DNA of 64,000 nt from an uncultured cyanobacterium (GTDB lineage Bacteria; Cyanobacteriota; Cyanobacteriia; PCC-9006; JAAUQQ01), in assembly GCA_963718615.1 (NCBI GenBank), contig OY970368.1, positions 1,408,001 through 1,472,000 of the forward strand. Direction: 5' to 3'. Below, in pieces: positions 1 to 10,179 of this stretch. Position 1 is the first letter of the stretch. Each line of letters begins with the position of its first letter. The position numbers were made by a program, and so were the translations under genes. Under the pieces are notes generated by a model. It made no database searches. It saw only the letters and a program-made list of their open reading frames with translations, and had not been told where the DNA came from.

Positions 1-65
1 TTCAATCCCAGTTCCCCAGCGTGACGGATCTCGATCGCGCGGCCATTGCCAGAAGCACAAGAGTT

Positions 66-3000
66 ATGAACAATTCGACGTTTCTCAGGTTACTCACAGA
101 TTGGAATCGGCTCGCGGCGGGTCTAGCGAGCGCAGACAGCAACAGGGCTCAGGCGACCAACAGCGCCTGGGCAACCTTTGGGCTTGGTCTTGTGGCCGGG
201 TTTGCAGGGGTCATCATGACGACGTTGCCGGTCCTCGCGGTCGAGCCTGCTCCGGCGGAATCCGCTAAAACGGCCCAGGCGACGGGTGGATCTTCCCCAG
301 AGGGAACTTCCGATGATCCACTCTTCATTGAACCGGTCGAGCCCAGCGACCCGCTGCCCCCCCTCGAAGAGTCGTTTCCCCCTGCCAATCCGAGTCCGGA
401 GAGCACCCCCCGCAATCCCACCCCCTCCCCCGTCGATGACAGCGAGCCCGTAGAAATCGACACCAGTTTGGACCAGGGGCCAGAAGCCAGCGAATTGCCT
501 CGGGTGGAGTTTGCGGAGCTCGACAGCATTCAGGCGGATGGTCGGTCGATTCGGTTGGTCGAAGGCCAAGTCCTCAAAGCGGACGGCAGTTTGTTCACCG
601 ATGATGTGGTGGTGACGCTGACCAGCGGCGCAGGCAAGTTTGTCGGCGACGATGCCGATGAAGAGCGGCCTGGTTTCCAAGTGGTTGCGAAGAACGGCAA
701 GTTTGCGGCACGGCTGCGGGCACCGATTCAGGCCCAGCGCACGCGCATTCGGGCGGCGATCGACCCGGTGTGGGATCTAAAAATGCCCCTAGCTGATCTC
801 CAGCGGGAAACCCAGGACCTAGTCCTGCCGACAACGCCCTACCAACCGCTGCGCCAGCCCCTCGTTTCTGAAACCTACACCGATCTAGAATTCACCACCT
901 ATCTGCGGCCTTCGTTGGTTTCGGGTTCGTTGAATGTTCGGCTTGGCAAGGGGACGACGGATTTTTATGGGCCGTTCTCAGAATTTCTCAATCCCAGCGG
1001 CAGCGACGGCTATGAGTTTGATGTGGATGGCGGCCTGTTTGCCACTGGGGCCTTGGGCGAATGGTTATTTACTGGGGCTTTGGCGCTCGATCGCGGCCTC
1101 AACGATGATTGCAACGGCAGCCGCCTTTACCGGGATTACGACAACTGCGACCAGCTCTACCCTGTCTACGGGGACAGTTCAACGGTTGATTACCTCACCC
1201 CGTCCCAGGACAGCATCTACGCCCGTCTGGAGCGCAACTCGCTGATTCCAGGGGCGGACCCCGACTACATCATGTGGGGCGACTGGGGCACGAATGAATT
1301 TGCCCAACCCTCCCAGCTCTTTAGCGCTACGACGCGCAATCTGCACGGGGCCAAGCTCAACTATAACTTCGGCGATTTTCAATTCACCGGGGCCTACGCC
1401 ACTAATATTGACGGTTTCCGCCGAGACACGATTCAGCTCAACGGCACTAGCGGTCTTTACTTCTTCTCCCGCCGTTTGCTGGTTCCTGGTAGTGAAAACC
1501 TCTTTATCGAAACCGAAGAGATTAACCGCCCCGGCTTTGTGGTGGAGCGCAAAGATCTGCGTCGGGGCGCGGACTACGAAATTGATTACGATCGCGGTTC
1601 CATCACCTTCCGCCGCTCGGTTCTGGGTACGGAGTTTGATCCCTTTGGGACGACCCTGGTGCGTCGAGTCGTGGCCACGTACCAGTTTGAAGATGACGGT
1701 GATGCCAATAACGGTCTGTTTGGCGGACGTTTGCAGTACAACCTATCGCGGGAGCTGGGCAAGGAAAGCTGGATCGGTGCGACCTATCTGAATGAAGACC
1801 AGGGCGATCGCGACTTCCAACTGTTTGGCGCAGACTTCCTCGTGCCCCTGGGCACCGCCGGGAGCTTTATCGGGGAATATGCTCGCTCCTCCAACGGTGT
1901 TGATTTCCTCGGCGATGTGGATGGCTCGGCCTATCGACTAGAGGTGGAAGGTAAACCCACGGACTGGGTTCGAGCCCGAGCCTACTACCGCACAGCGGAA
2001 GACGGGTTTGCCAACGATGCCACCTTTAGCTTTGTGCCGGGACAAACCCGTTATGGGGCGCAGGCCACGGCCCAAGCCGGACCCAGCACCCAGGTCCAGG
2101 TCCAGGTGGACCGAGAAAACAATTTTGGTCGTTCGATCAACCTAAGAAATCGGTTTACCGGTGACCTGTTCGATGCCGATAGAAACCTGTTCTTTGACCC
2201 CAATCCGGACTTTGAAGCGGGCGATCGCGTCGACAACACCCTCACCACCGTCCGGGGCGGCATTATCCAAAAGCTAGGGGCGTCGGATTTGAGTTTGGAG
2301 TATGTCTATCGCGATCGCGACGACAATCGAGGCACCTCCCTCAACAGCACCAGCAACCAAATCGTCTCCAAGCTCCTGGTGCCGCTGAATGAAAAGTTTG
2401 CCTTCCGCGCTCAAAACGAACTCAACCTGGGCGACAGTGACGAGCTCTATCCCAACCGCACGACGCTGGGATTGGAGTGGGCCGCTTACCCCGGTGTGAA
2501 ATTGCGACTCGCGCACCAGTTCTTCGATGGTGGCATCCTCAGCAGTAGCGCCATCACTAGCCTCGATACCCTGGCAGATTATGCCCTCTCTGAAAACACC
2601 GACCTCTACAGTCGCTATTCAGTTTTGGGCACCAACAGCGGCATGCGGGGCTACGGCTCCGTCGGCTTAAACCACCGTTGGAAAGTATCACCGGGCTTCC
2701 GGATTAATGTCGGTTACGAGCGTATTTTTGATGATTTGTTCAACCGGACGGGGGCAGGCAACCGCTTTGAGACCGCCTACGCCGTGGGCCAAACCGGCTC
2801 GATTTTAGGCTTGAGCGAAGGCTCTTCCTACAGCGTCGGGTTTGATTACACGGGCTCCGAAACCTTCAAGGGCTCGGGTCGGTTTGAATACCGCGATACC
2901 AGTGATGGGGATCTGTTTCTGACCACCGTGAGCGGTGTGGGCAAGCTGTCGCCTTCGTTCTCGCTCCTGGGTCGTGTGGATGTGGCGGGTGCCTCCAACC

Positions 3001-3734
3001 AAACCCTGGTGGATCGCCTGGGTGATACGCTCAACGCCCGCATTGGTTTGGCCTACCGGAATCCCCTGGACGATCGCTTCAATGGTCTACTCCGCCTAGA
3101 ACACCGACAAAATGGGGACATTACGCCGAACGCCATCGGTACTGGCAGCGAATCCCGCGATACGGTCCTTGCCACCGAGCTGATTTATGCACCGGACTGG
3201 CGCTGGGAATTTTACGGCAAGTACGCCATGCGCTGGGCCGACACCAAGATTGGCGGGGGCTTCAGCAACGACAGCCGCATTTCCCTGGCTCAACTCCGGG
3301 CGCTCTACCGCTTTGATTACCGCTGGGATGTGGCCGCCGAGGCCCGCTGGATTAGTCAACCCACCGCCGACTTCGATGAATTGGGCTGGGCCGCCGAGTT
3401 GGGCTATTACCTCTCTCCCGATCTGCGGGTTTATCTCGGCTATAGCTTCGGCAGCGTCGATGACCGAGACTTCAGCGGCTATCGCTCTGAGGGGGGCATT
3501 TATGGGGGGCTAAACTTCAAGGTCAATCGTTTGTTTAATGACTTTGGGGTGCAGGTACCGGTGCCCAAGGAGCGTGAAGTTCAAGCGGAAGCGGCATTGC
3601 CTGCGGGGGCGATCGCAGAACCCTCTCCCTACGAAGCTCCCGTTGAAGCCGTAGAAGAATCCGAAGCTATGCCCACCCTTGAGGAAGCTGCACCTACCCA
3701 GACCGAGGAAGAAATTCCACGAGCCCTTTTTTAA
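66..3734 (+). CDS. Giant outer-membrane beta-barrel protein of the DUF11-associated type (putative translocon)
   Basis: ORF 21..3734, ATG at 66 preferred. Hydrophobic signal-like segment (FGLGLVAGFAGVIMTTLPVLA), Pro/Glu-rich linker, Ig-like region, YPVYGDSS and LRRGADYEIDYDRGSITF motifs, then about 650 aa of alternating amphipathic beta-strands ending ...GIYGGLNFKV. Adjacent to a DUF11 repeat gene. Confidence 0.75.
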   Translation: MNNSTFLRLLTDWNRLAAGLASADSNRAQATNSAWATFGLGLVAGFAGVIMTTLPVLAVEPAPAESAKTAQATGGSSPEGTSDDPLFIEPVEPSDPLPPLEESFPPANPSPESTPRNPTPSPVDDSEPVEIDTSLDQGPEASELPRVEFAELDSIQADGRSIRLVEGQVLKADGSLFTDDVVVTLTSGAGKFVGDDADEERPGFQVVAKNGKFAARLRAPIQAQRTRIRAAIDPVWDLKMPLADLQRETQDLVLPTTPYQPLRQPLVSETYTDLEFTTYLRPSLVSGSLNVRLGKGTTDFYGPFSEFLNPSGSDGYEFDVDGGLFATGALGEWLFTGALALDRGLNDDCNGSRLYRDYDNCDQLYPVYGDSSTVDYLTPSQDSIYARLERNSLIPGADPDYIMWGDWGTNEFAQPSQLFSATTRNLHGAKLNYNFGDFQFTGAYATNIDGFRRDTIQLNGTSGLYFFSRRLLVPGSENLFIETEEINRPGFVVERKDLRRGADYEIDYDRGSITFRRSVLGTEFDPFGTTLVRRVVATYQFEDDGDANNGLFGGRLQYNLSRELGKESWIGATYLNEDQGDRDFQLFGADFLVPLGTAGSFIGEYARSSNGVDFLGDVDGSAYRLEVEGKPTDWVRARAYYRTAEDGFANDATFSFVPGQTRYGAQATAQAGPSTQVQVQVDRENNFGRSINLRNRFTGDLFDADRNLFFDPNPDFEAGDRVDNTLTTVRGGIIQKLGASDLSLEYVYRDRDDNRGTSLNSTSNQIVSKLLVPLNEKFAFRAQNELNLGDSDELYPNRTTLGLEWAAYPGVKLRLAHQFFDGGILSSSAITSLDTLADYALSENTDLYSRYSVLGTNSGMRGYGSVGLNHRWKVSPGFRINVGYERIFDDLFNRTGAGNRFETAYAVGQTGSILGLSEGSSYSVGFDYTGSETFKGSGRFEYRDTSDGDLFLTTVSGVGKLSPSFSLLGRVDVAGASNQTLVDRLGDTLNARIGLAYRNPLDDRFNGLLRLEHRQNGDITPNAIGTGSESRDTVLATELIYAPDWRWEFYGKYAMRWADTKIGGGFSNDSRISLAQLRALYRFDYRWDVAAEARWISQPTADFDELGWAAELGYYLSPDLRVYLGYSFGSVDDRDFSGYRSEGGIYGGLNFKVNRLFNDFGVQVPVPKEREVQAEAALPAGAIAEPSPYEAPVEAVEESEAMPTLEEAAPTQTEEEIPRALF

Positions 3735-3826
3735 CGTCTCCCGCATCTGCCGGTTTCCTAGGGAGTCCAGCAGATGCATCCTTTTTTGCTGAAACTCTGT
3801 AATCGTGTGTGTCAGGACGTGAACCC

Positions 3827-6800
3827 ATGAGCCGACTGCGACCCCAACTCTTGCTAGATCTTTTCTCCTCCAATTCCAACCGATTGTCTGACTCGGGGCC
3901 ATCCGCTAAACGGAGGCGAAGTCGATGGCTGCAGATGGTTTTGTTGTTTGCGGGGTTGGGGGCGATCGCCCAAGCAAATCCCGCTCAAGCCGCTAGTTTT
4001 ACCTGGAGCAGTACTCCAGGCGCGGGCAACGATTGGGCAGCAGGCACTCTAGACGGTGGCCCCGCAAACAATCCCTTTCAAACGACACCTCAAAGTGGTG
4101 TCACCCTTCAGTTCAACTGGAACACATTTGACGGTGCCAACTTTGTTGCAGGACGTCCTAGCCTGGGTGAAGGCGTCATTGATGGTGGACTAACTTCCGG
4201 CAACTTGCTGGTTATTTTTGCTTCGACGGATGTTCCCAGCCGCGTTGAATTAGACGTTAACTTTACCAACGCAGCCGGGGATGTAGTCCCCGTTCGCAAC
4301 CTGCGATACACCCTAATTGATATTGACCGAGATAACTCCCGAGACTGGCAAGACGTCACTTCCACCTTCGGTCGGTTTGGGGGAACACCTGCCGCTCCAA
4401 ATAGTGGAGGCGCAATTCAACCTACGGTTGTTCCTGGATCCCAGGGGGAAACTGTCGAAGAAGTAACCGGTAATCAAACCGCGATCGGCTATACCGAGCC
4501 TGCTGCCGCCCGGACTTTCCGAGGGATTACAGACCCCTCTCCAGAAAATCTGGGGTTAAACGGTGGTGAAGACGATGAAGGCGTAGAAGCGGATAACTTT
4601 CGAGACGAGGGTAGTGTTACTCTCAATTATCCTGGTACCTTAATCGACTCCTTCCGAATTGTCTACGGCAACGGTGTTTCGAATGGTGCGCTGAACGGTT
4701 TGGGTTTTAATATTCCTTCGCTAGACCGACCTGCTGATGTGAATGATCCAAACCCGCTTTCTCCCACCAATCCGACTCCCCACGGCATCGGCGTTTTAGG
4801 CGATTTCAACTTTGAGCCTGCCATTATTGGTATTGCCAAAACAGCGAGTGATCCTGTTTTCCAACCAGATGGAAGCTTCCGCGTTACCTATACGATGCGG
4901 GTCACCAACACAGGCGAAGTTCCCCTCGACAACGCTGTCATCACAGAAGACGTTGTGCCGGTCTTTGGAGGTGCTGCCAACTTCAACTTTGTCGCTGGGA
5001 GTTTGACCGGAGCCTTAGGGGGAGAGACCTTCAACGGTAGTACAGATACAACCATTGCCCTAGCGGGTGGAACTTTAGCACCCAACGAGTCTAGAGATGT
5101 TTCGTTCCAGGTTGATATTCTGCCCGCTGCCGGACCGGGTCCCTTTGCAAACCAAGCCACAGTGGTCGCGGAACCCCAAGGCTTTCCCGGAATCCAGGTC
5201 ACAGACCGCTCCGCCAACGGCACCAATGTAGACGCGGACGTGGATGATCCCGATGACGGGACTCCGCTTCCTCCAACCTTTACCGCACCCAATGGCAATA
5301 CGGTCACACGGGGCACAACTCCCGACAATGACCCCAGTAACAACGACTCACCAACAGTTGTATCCCTAACTTTCCCGCCCCGAATTGGGGTGACAAAGCA
5401 GGTCACAAACGTTATCAACAATGGCGACGGCACCTTCGACGTCACCTATCGCCAGATTGTCTGTAACCGCAGTGGCGGAACCGTTGGGCTAACCAACGTA
5501 CAGCTCACGGAAAACCTAGACGACACATTCCGTCTGGGTCAGCCCAATGGCGTCACAGCCTATACCGTGCAGAGCGTCACCTCCCCAGCCGCAGTTGCAG
5601 GTGTCCCCAACTATCGACAGATCACCCCGAATGCTGGCTTTAATGGCGGTGCCCAAGGTGATCAGAATCTGCTGGGGGGGACAGATCCCCTGAATACTGA
5701 TGAATGTGGCGTCGTCGATTTTGTGGTTCGGGTAACGCCGGGACCCAATACAGGAGATAACGTTGGTGGTGATCCGCCCTACGAAGGACAAGTGACGGCA
5801 ACGGGCACGGGGCCGGGTCCTGCGAATCTTGTGGTGACGGACCTTTCTGACGATGTGACGTCCTTCCCCAACGCGCCCTTGCCCATTGCGGAACAACTCC
5901 CTCGGGACACTAGCAACCCAGCCAATGGAACAACCACCGATCCTGTCGATGGAAATGGCGTCCCCCAAAGCAACCCGATTCCAGCGAACGATCCCCAGGC
6001 AGCGACCAATGAAAACAACCGTACCCCGATCGCTTTCCTGCCGCCACAGATTGGGGTAACCAAACAGGTTACAAACGTTGCAGACAATGGCAACGGGACC
6101 TTCACCGTCACCTATCGTCATATTGTCTGTAATCTCGGCAATGAAGCCCTAAGCAATGTAACGGTAACGGAGCAGCAGGATCTGGCAACGGTATTCCGTC
6201 AAGGCCAAGCCAATGGTGTGACCAGCGCTCAGTTTGTTCCAGGTAGCTTGGTTGCACCAACAACAGCGCCCGCAGGATTTGAAACCGGATTTACGCCACT
6301 AGCCCCAACCGCTGGGTTTAACGGCACCGCAGGAAGTCTCCAACTGGCGACGGTGGCCAATTTACCCGTAGGTGGCTGCGGAATTGTGGATTATCAAGTG
6401 CTGGTTAATCCCACGGATCCCCTAGATCCTGCCGTCCAAAACCTGGGCGATGGAACATTAGGTAATCCTGCCAATGATGATCCTCCCTATGTGGCTCAGG
6501 TTGAGGCAACGGGAACGGGAGCAACCTCGGCTGTGCCGGTGGCCGACTTGTCTGATGACGTGTCGAATCTGACGGCTCCCCTGCCTCCTGCCCAGCAAAA
6601 GCCCCGAGATACGACCGGAAACTTCACCGCAACGGATGGGGCTAATGGCCCAGGTACCCCAGGTGGCCCTGAAAACGATCCGACGCCGGTCTCTTTGGTG
6701 GCCAATCCTCAAATTGGTTTAACCAAGCAAGTGGTTGACATTGTCAACAATGGGGATGGCAGCTTTGATGTGGTGTTTGAGTATGTGGTTCAGAACGTTG

Positions 6801-7720
6801 GCGGTACACCGCTGAATGGGGTGACGGTTGCTGATAACTATGATGATCAGTTCACGGCCAACAATGTAGGACCACTGGCCAATTACCAGGTCATTAGTGT
6901 CGTTCCTGTGTCCGCAACCGCCCCTGCGCCAATTGTGCCGGATCCGGCGGCAGTGGGGAGAACCCAAGGCAGTGGACTGATTAACCTTGCTACTGGGGGT
7001 GCAACGGTTTATCAACAGCCCCAAGGCGGTCAGCCGGGACAAAACGCAACCTTCCGGGTAACGGTTCGGGTTCTCAATCCCGATCCCAATGCCCTGTATG
7101 ATTCGAGTGCGATCGCCAACGGCAACTCCACGGTCAACGGACAACTGGTCACTGACTTGTCTGACGATATCCCCAGATTTGGTGCAGCGAATCCTGCGAA
7201 CGGAATCGGGGTTCCGGGGCCAGGGGTCACGCCCGGAAACCCCGCCGATCCGGCCAACACCATCACGCCGGTCGTCTTTGCCCAGGCTTCTCCGCTGCAA
7301 CTGTTTAAGCGGATTACCTCATTCACCCAGGCAGGTGTAACGACTCCGCTGACGAATTTGGTCAACAATCCTCCTGTGGCCACCTTTACGGGAGAAGTGG
7401 ACATTCGCCAGCTTGGAGATCTCCTGTCGGGAGATTCGGTGGAATACACGGTCTACTTCCTCAATGGCTCCACTCAAGCGCTAACGAATGTGGAAGTGTG
7501 CGACCCGCTGCCGTCACCCTTGACGATTGTGAATGGTAGTCTGACGGCATCCCAGGGAACGAGTACGTTTATTTCACCGCTCACGCCTCTTTCCTTAGCG
7601 AGCAATCCAGGACGTTCCTGTGGTGCTAGCTCCGGTTCCCAAGGTGCTGCGGTCTTTAATCTGGGTGATATTCCCGCGAACGGCAATGGCTTCGTAAGAT
7701 TTAACACTCAGATTCCTTAG
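3827..7720 (+). CDS. Secreted DUF11 (conserved repeat/Ig-like) multidomain surface protein, probable adhesin
   Basis: ORF 3809..7720, ATG at 3827. Signal peptide ending AQA-ASF. Four repeats beginning IG(I/V/L)xK...DG(S/T)FxVxY/F...N and a C-terminal LFKRIT...GDSVEYTVYFLN...VCDPLP domain. Rich in G/N/T/P/D. Confidence 0.8.
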   Translation: MSRLRPQLLLDLFSSNSNRLSDSGPSAKRRRSRWLQMVLLFAGLGAIAQANPAQAASFTWSSTPGAGNDWAAGTLDGGPANNPFQTTPQSGVTLQFNWNTFDGANFVAGRPSLGEGVIDGGLTSGNLLVIFASTDVPSRVELDVNFTNAAGDVVPVRNLRYTLIDIDRDNSRDWQDVTSTFGRFGGTPAAPNSGGAIQPTVVPGSQGETVEEVTGNQTAIGYTEPAAARTFRGITDPSPENLGLNGGEDDEGVEADNFRDEGSVTLNYPGTLIDSFRIVYGNGVSNGALNGLGFNIPSLDRPADVNDPNPLSPTNPTPHGIGVLGDFNFEPAIIGIAKTASDPVFQPDGSFRVTYTMRVTNTGEVPLDNAVITEDVVPVFGGAANFNFVAGSLTGALGGETFNGSTDTTIALAGGTLAPNESRDVSFQVDILPAAGPGPFANQATVVAEPQGFPGIQVTDRSANGTNVDADVDDPDDGTPLPPTFTAPNGNTVTRGTTPDNDPSNNDSPTVVSLTFPPRIGVTKQVTNVINNGDGTFDVTYRQIVCNRSGGTVGLTNVQLTENLDDTFRLGQPNGVTAYTVQSVTSPAAVAGVPNYRQITPNAGFNGGAQGDQNLLGGTDPLNTDECGVVDFVVRVTPGPNTGDNVGGDPPYEGQVTATGTGPGPANLVVTDLSDDVTSFPNAPLPIAEQLPRDTSNPANGTTTDPVDGNGVPQSNPIPANDPQAATNENNRTPIAFLPPQIGVTKQVTNVADNGNGTFTVTYRHIVCNLGNEALSNVTVTEQQDLATVFRQGQANGVTSAQFVPGSLVAPTTAPAGFETGFTPLAPTAGFNGTAGSLQLATVANLPVGGCGIVDYQVLVNPTDPLDPAVQNLGDGTLGNPANDDPPYVAQVEATGTGATSAVPVADLSDDVSNLTAPLPPAQQKPRDTTGNFTATDGANGPGTPGGPENDPTPVSLVANPQIGLTKQVVDIVNNGDGSFDVVFEYVVQNVGGTPLNGVTVADNYDDQFTANNVGPLANYQVISVVPVSATAPAPIVPDPAAVGRTQGSGLINLATGGATVYQQPQGGQPGQNATFRVTVRVLNPDPNALYDSSAIANGNSTVNGQLVTDLSDDIPRFGAANPANGIGVPGPGVTPGNPADPANTITPVVFAQASPLQLFKRITSFTQAGVTTPLTNLVNNPPVATFTGEVDIRQLGDLLSGDSVEYTVYFLNGSTQALTNVEVCDPLPSPLTIVNGSLTASQGTSTFISPLTPLSLASNPGRSCGASSGSQGAAVFNLGDIPANGNGFVRFNTQIP

Positions 7721-7750
7721 TCACTAGCGCCTCCACTCATTACACCCATG

Positions 7751-7777
7751 ACGTCAAGCCTAGGCTTGACGTTTTTT
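7751..7777 (+). terminator. Intrinsic terminator after the DUF11 gene
   Basis: Perfect 22-bp palindrome ACGTCAAGCCTAGGCTTGACGT (7751-7772) followed by a T run. Confidence 0.75.
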
Positions 7778-7930
7778 ATGGCAACACCATGACTGTCTCA
7801 GGGCTCTGATATAAGATAATTTTTCTGGGAAGAATAAATACGGAGTCTAGGACGAAAAACTAAATACCTGAAAGCCATTCTCTCTACCATGGCTCCCTTT
7901 AGTCCTTGAATGTTCTATAGGCAACTTTGC

Positions 7931-8983
7931 ATGACTAGCGATCGCCCTATTTTTATCGTGGGTATGCCTCGCTCAGGGACGACCCTGCTGCGCGCGATGC
8001 TCTGCGCTCATTCTCGAATCACGATTTCGCCGGAAAGCCATTTTTTGAACTATTGGTTGCGACAGTATCAGCATTTGGACTTGAGGGAGCGCGAAGGGTT
8101 TGACGAATTTTGGTCAGCGTTTAGCTCTAGTCAGCGGTTTTCCTATTTTGGTGTGGAGCCTGAAGGGCTGCGATCGCGTCTTCTAAGCACCTCTGACATT
8201 AGTTTTAAACACATCTTTCAGTCCCTCCTAGAAGCCTATGCCCAGCGGATGGATAAACCCCGTTGGGGCGAGAAAACTCCGATTCACCATGAACATTTGG
8301 ACACATTATTCGACTGGTTTCCCAATGCCCAAGTGATTTGGACTTTGCGGGATCCTAGAGCTACCACCGCCTCGCTCATGCAGGTCGACTGGGCTAGCCG
8401 CTATGCCTTTGTCAATGCAGAATGGTGGCACCGGAGCTTGCAAGGCTTTGAGCAACGCTGGGCGAAGGATCAACGGGTCTTTTTACTCAGATACGAAGCC
8501 TTAGTTCAGCATCCGCAAGCAACATTGCAATCCCTTTGCCATTTCCTGGGTGAAGGCTTTGAGCCGGGAATGGTTCAGGCTCGTCAGGAAAAAGACATGC
8601 CCATTGTCCATACTTCAGGATGGGCGAGAAAGCATTTTCAAGCGGCCCTCTCTCCCCTTCACCAAGAGGCAGTCAAAAAATGGCAAACGGAACTTTCTTC
8701 AACCCAGATTGCCATTGTTGAACATTGTGTTCGCTCCGTGATGATGCGTTATGGGTATCAACCCCAAACCCAGAAATTAGCCCCTTGGCAAACGGGATGG
8801 CTCAAGCTTTCTCGACGACAGTATCACTGGGATTTAAAACTTCAATCCCTGAAACAGGCTTGGGCTCAGACTTCGCTAGAGGAGAAATGGATTGGCACTT
8901 TGCCCAAGCCTTTACGTAAGCTTCAGCCCTATTCCCTTTCATTATCTGCCCAGGTTCCTCTAAAATCAAACCCAATTCACTAA
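7931..8983 (+). CDS. PAPS-dependent sulfotransferase (Sulfotransfer_3-like)
   Basis: 5'-PSB motif IFIVGMPRSGTTLL, WGEKTP, LRDPRAT..S (3'-PB) and LRYEALV. Confidence 0.9.
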   Translation: MTSDRPIFIVGMPRSGTTLLRAMLCAHSRITISPESHFLNYWLRQYQHLDLREREGFDEFWSAFSSSQRFSYFGVEPEGLRSRLLSTSDISFKHIFQSLLEAYAQRMDKPRWGEKTPIHHEHLDTLFDWFPNAQVIWTLRDPRATTASLMQVDWASRYAFVNAEWWHRSLQGFEQRWAKDQRVFLLRYEALVQHPQATLQSLCHFLGEGFEPGMVQARQEKDMPIVHTSGWARKHFQAALSPLHQEAVKKWQTELSSTQIAIVEHCVRSVMMRYGYQPQTQKLAPWQTGWLKLSRRQYHWDLKLQSLKQAWAQTSLEEKWIGTLPKPLRKLQPYSLSLSAQVPLKSNPIH

Positions 8984-9005
8984 GCTTTTTGCACCCCTTC
9001 ATGCC

Positions 9006-10178
9006 ATGACTCTTGATTCAGTCGGAGTACTCATTTGCGGATTTTATGGCTACTCCAATATGGGCGATGAAGCGATGCTGGCGGGGATGATTCGGCTGTT
9101 GCGGCAACACAATCCTGCCTTACCGCTAACGGTGTTGACCTTCAATCCCGAAGATACCCAGCGGCGTCATGGCATTGAAACTGTGGCGACTCATCCGCCT
9201 CGCCGTCGCTTAGAGGCATTCAAACGTTGGTTAAATCCCCTGGATCAGCAGGCGATAAAGGCGAATTCTGGCTTTGTACTAGGGGGCGGCGATTTATTGC
9301 GAGATGGAGCCGATCGCGAAGTGGCAGGATTCTGGCTGGCACCCCTGCAAAAAGCGCTTAAGCTCAAGCGTAAAACCGCGTTACTGGGGGTGAGCGTCGG
9401 TGAAATTTGGAAGCCTGAAACCCAACAATTGATTCCTCAGGTTTTGAATCAAGTGGATCTGATTGCGGTGAGAGATCAGCGCTCCAAAGATCGACTGCAA
9501 GCCCTGTCTGTAAATCAGCCGGTTTATGTGATGCCAGATTTGGCATTGGCAGCAGTTCATGCCTTTTCGCCTGCCCAGCCCAAGGCGAGGGGCGATCGCC
9601 CCCAAATTGGTATTTCAGTTCGCTGGATGAGCAATCGCGGCCAAACCGTCAACTATTCCTATGAGGATTTGCAGCGGGAAATTGCGGCGATCGCCGATTA
9701 CGCCGCCGATCGTTACAACGCCATCGTTCACTTCTTACCGTTCCAAGCCTTTGACAACTACTACAGCAACGACGATGACGACTACATCGCGATTCTAGAG
9801 ATTTTGAAATATAGCGATCGTTCCAGTCAGTTTCAGATCCATCGCTATTTGCCCTCGTTGGAAACGCTCATGGGAATTTTACAAACTCTGGATGTCGTCA
9901 TTGGTATGCGGCTACATTCGCTGATTTTGGCGGCGGGGTTGGGAGTTCCGGTGATTGCGGCGGAATATGACCCGAAGGTCGAAGGCTTTATGACGGAAAT
10001 TAGCCAGCGCGATCGCTCGATTCCGCTGAATGAGTTTCATCGCGATCGCATCATTCCGCTGCTGGATGACATCCTGGCAAAACCAGAAATTACGCGGCGA
10101 TCGCTGGCGGAGGGCTTGGCAAACTACCAGGCTAGGTGGGACACTCTCATGCCCCAATTAGACCGATTATTGGGCTAG
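9006..10178 (+). CDS. Polysaccharide pyruvyl transferase (CsaB/WcaK family)
   Basis: GFYGYSNMGDEAML, LGGGDLLRD, VRDQRS, MPDLA, GMRLHSLILA and YDPKV motifs. Confidence 0.9.
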   Translation: MTLDSVGVLICGFYGYSNMGDEAMLAGMIRLLRQHNPALPLTVLTFNPEDTQRRHGIETVATHPPRRRLEAFKRWLNPLDQQAIKANSGFVLGGGDLLRDGADREVAGFWLAPLQKALKLKRKTALLGVSVGEIWKPETQQLIPQVLNQVDLIAVRDQRSKDRLQALSVNQPVYVMPDLALAAVHAFSPAQPKARGDRPQIGISVRWMSNRGQTVNYSYEDLQREIAAIADYAADRYNAIVHFLPFQAFDNYYSNDDDDYIAILEILKYSDRSSQFQIHRYLPSLETLMGILQTLDVVIGMRLHSLILAAGLGVPVIAAEYDPKVEGFMTEISQRDRSIPLNEFHRDRIIPLLDDILAKPEITRRSLAEGLANYQARWDTLMPQLDRLLG

Positions 10179-10179
10179 A

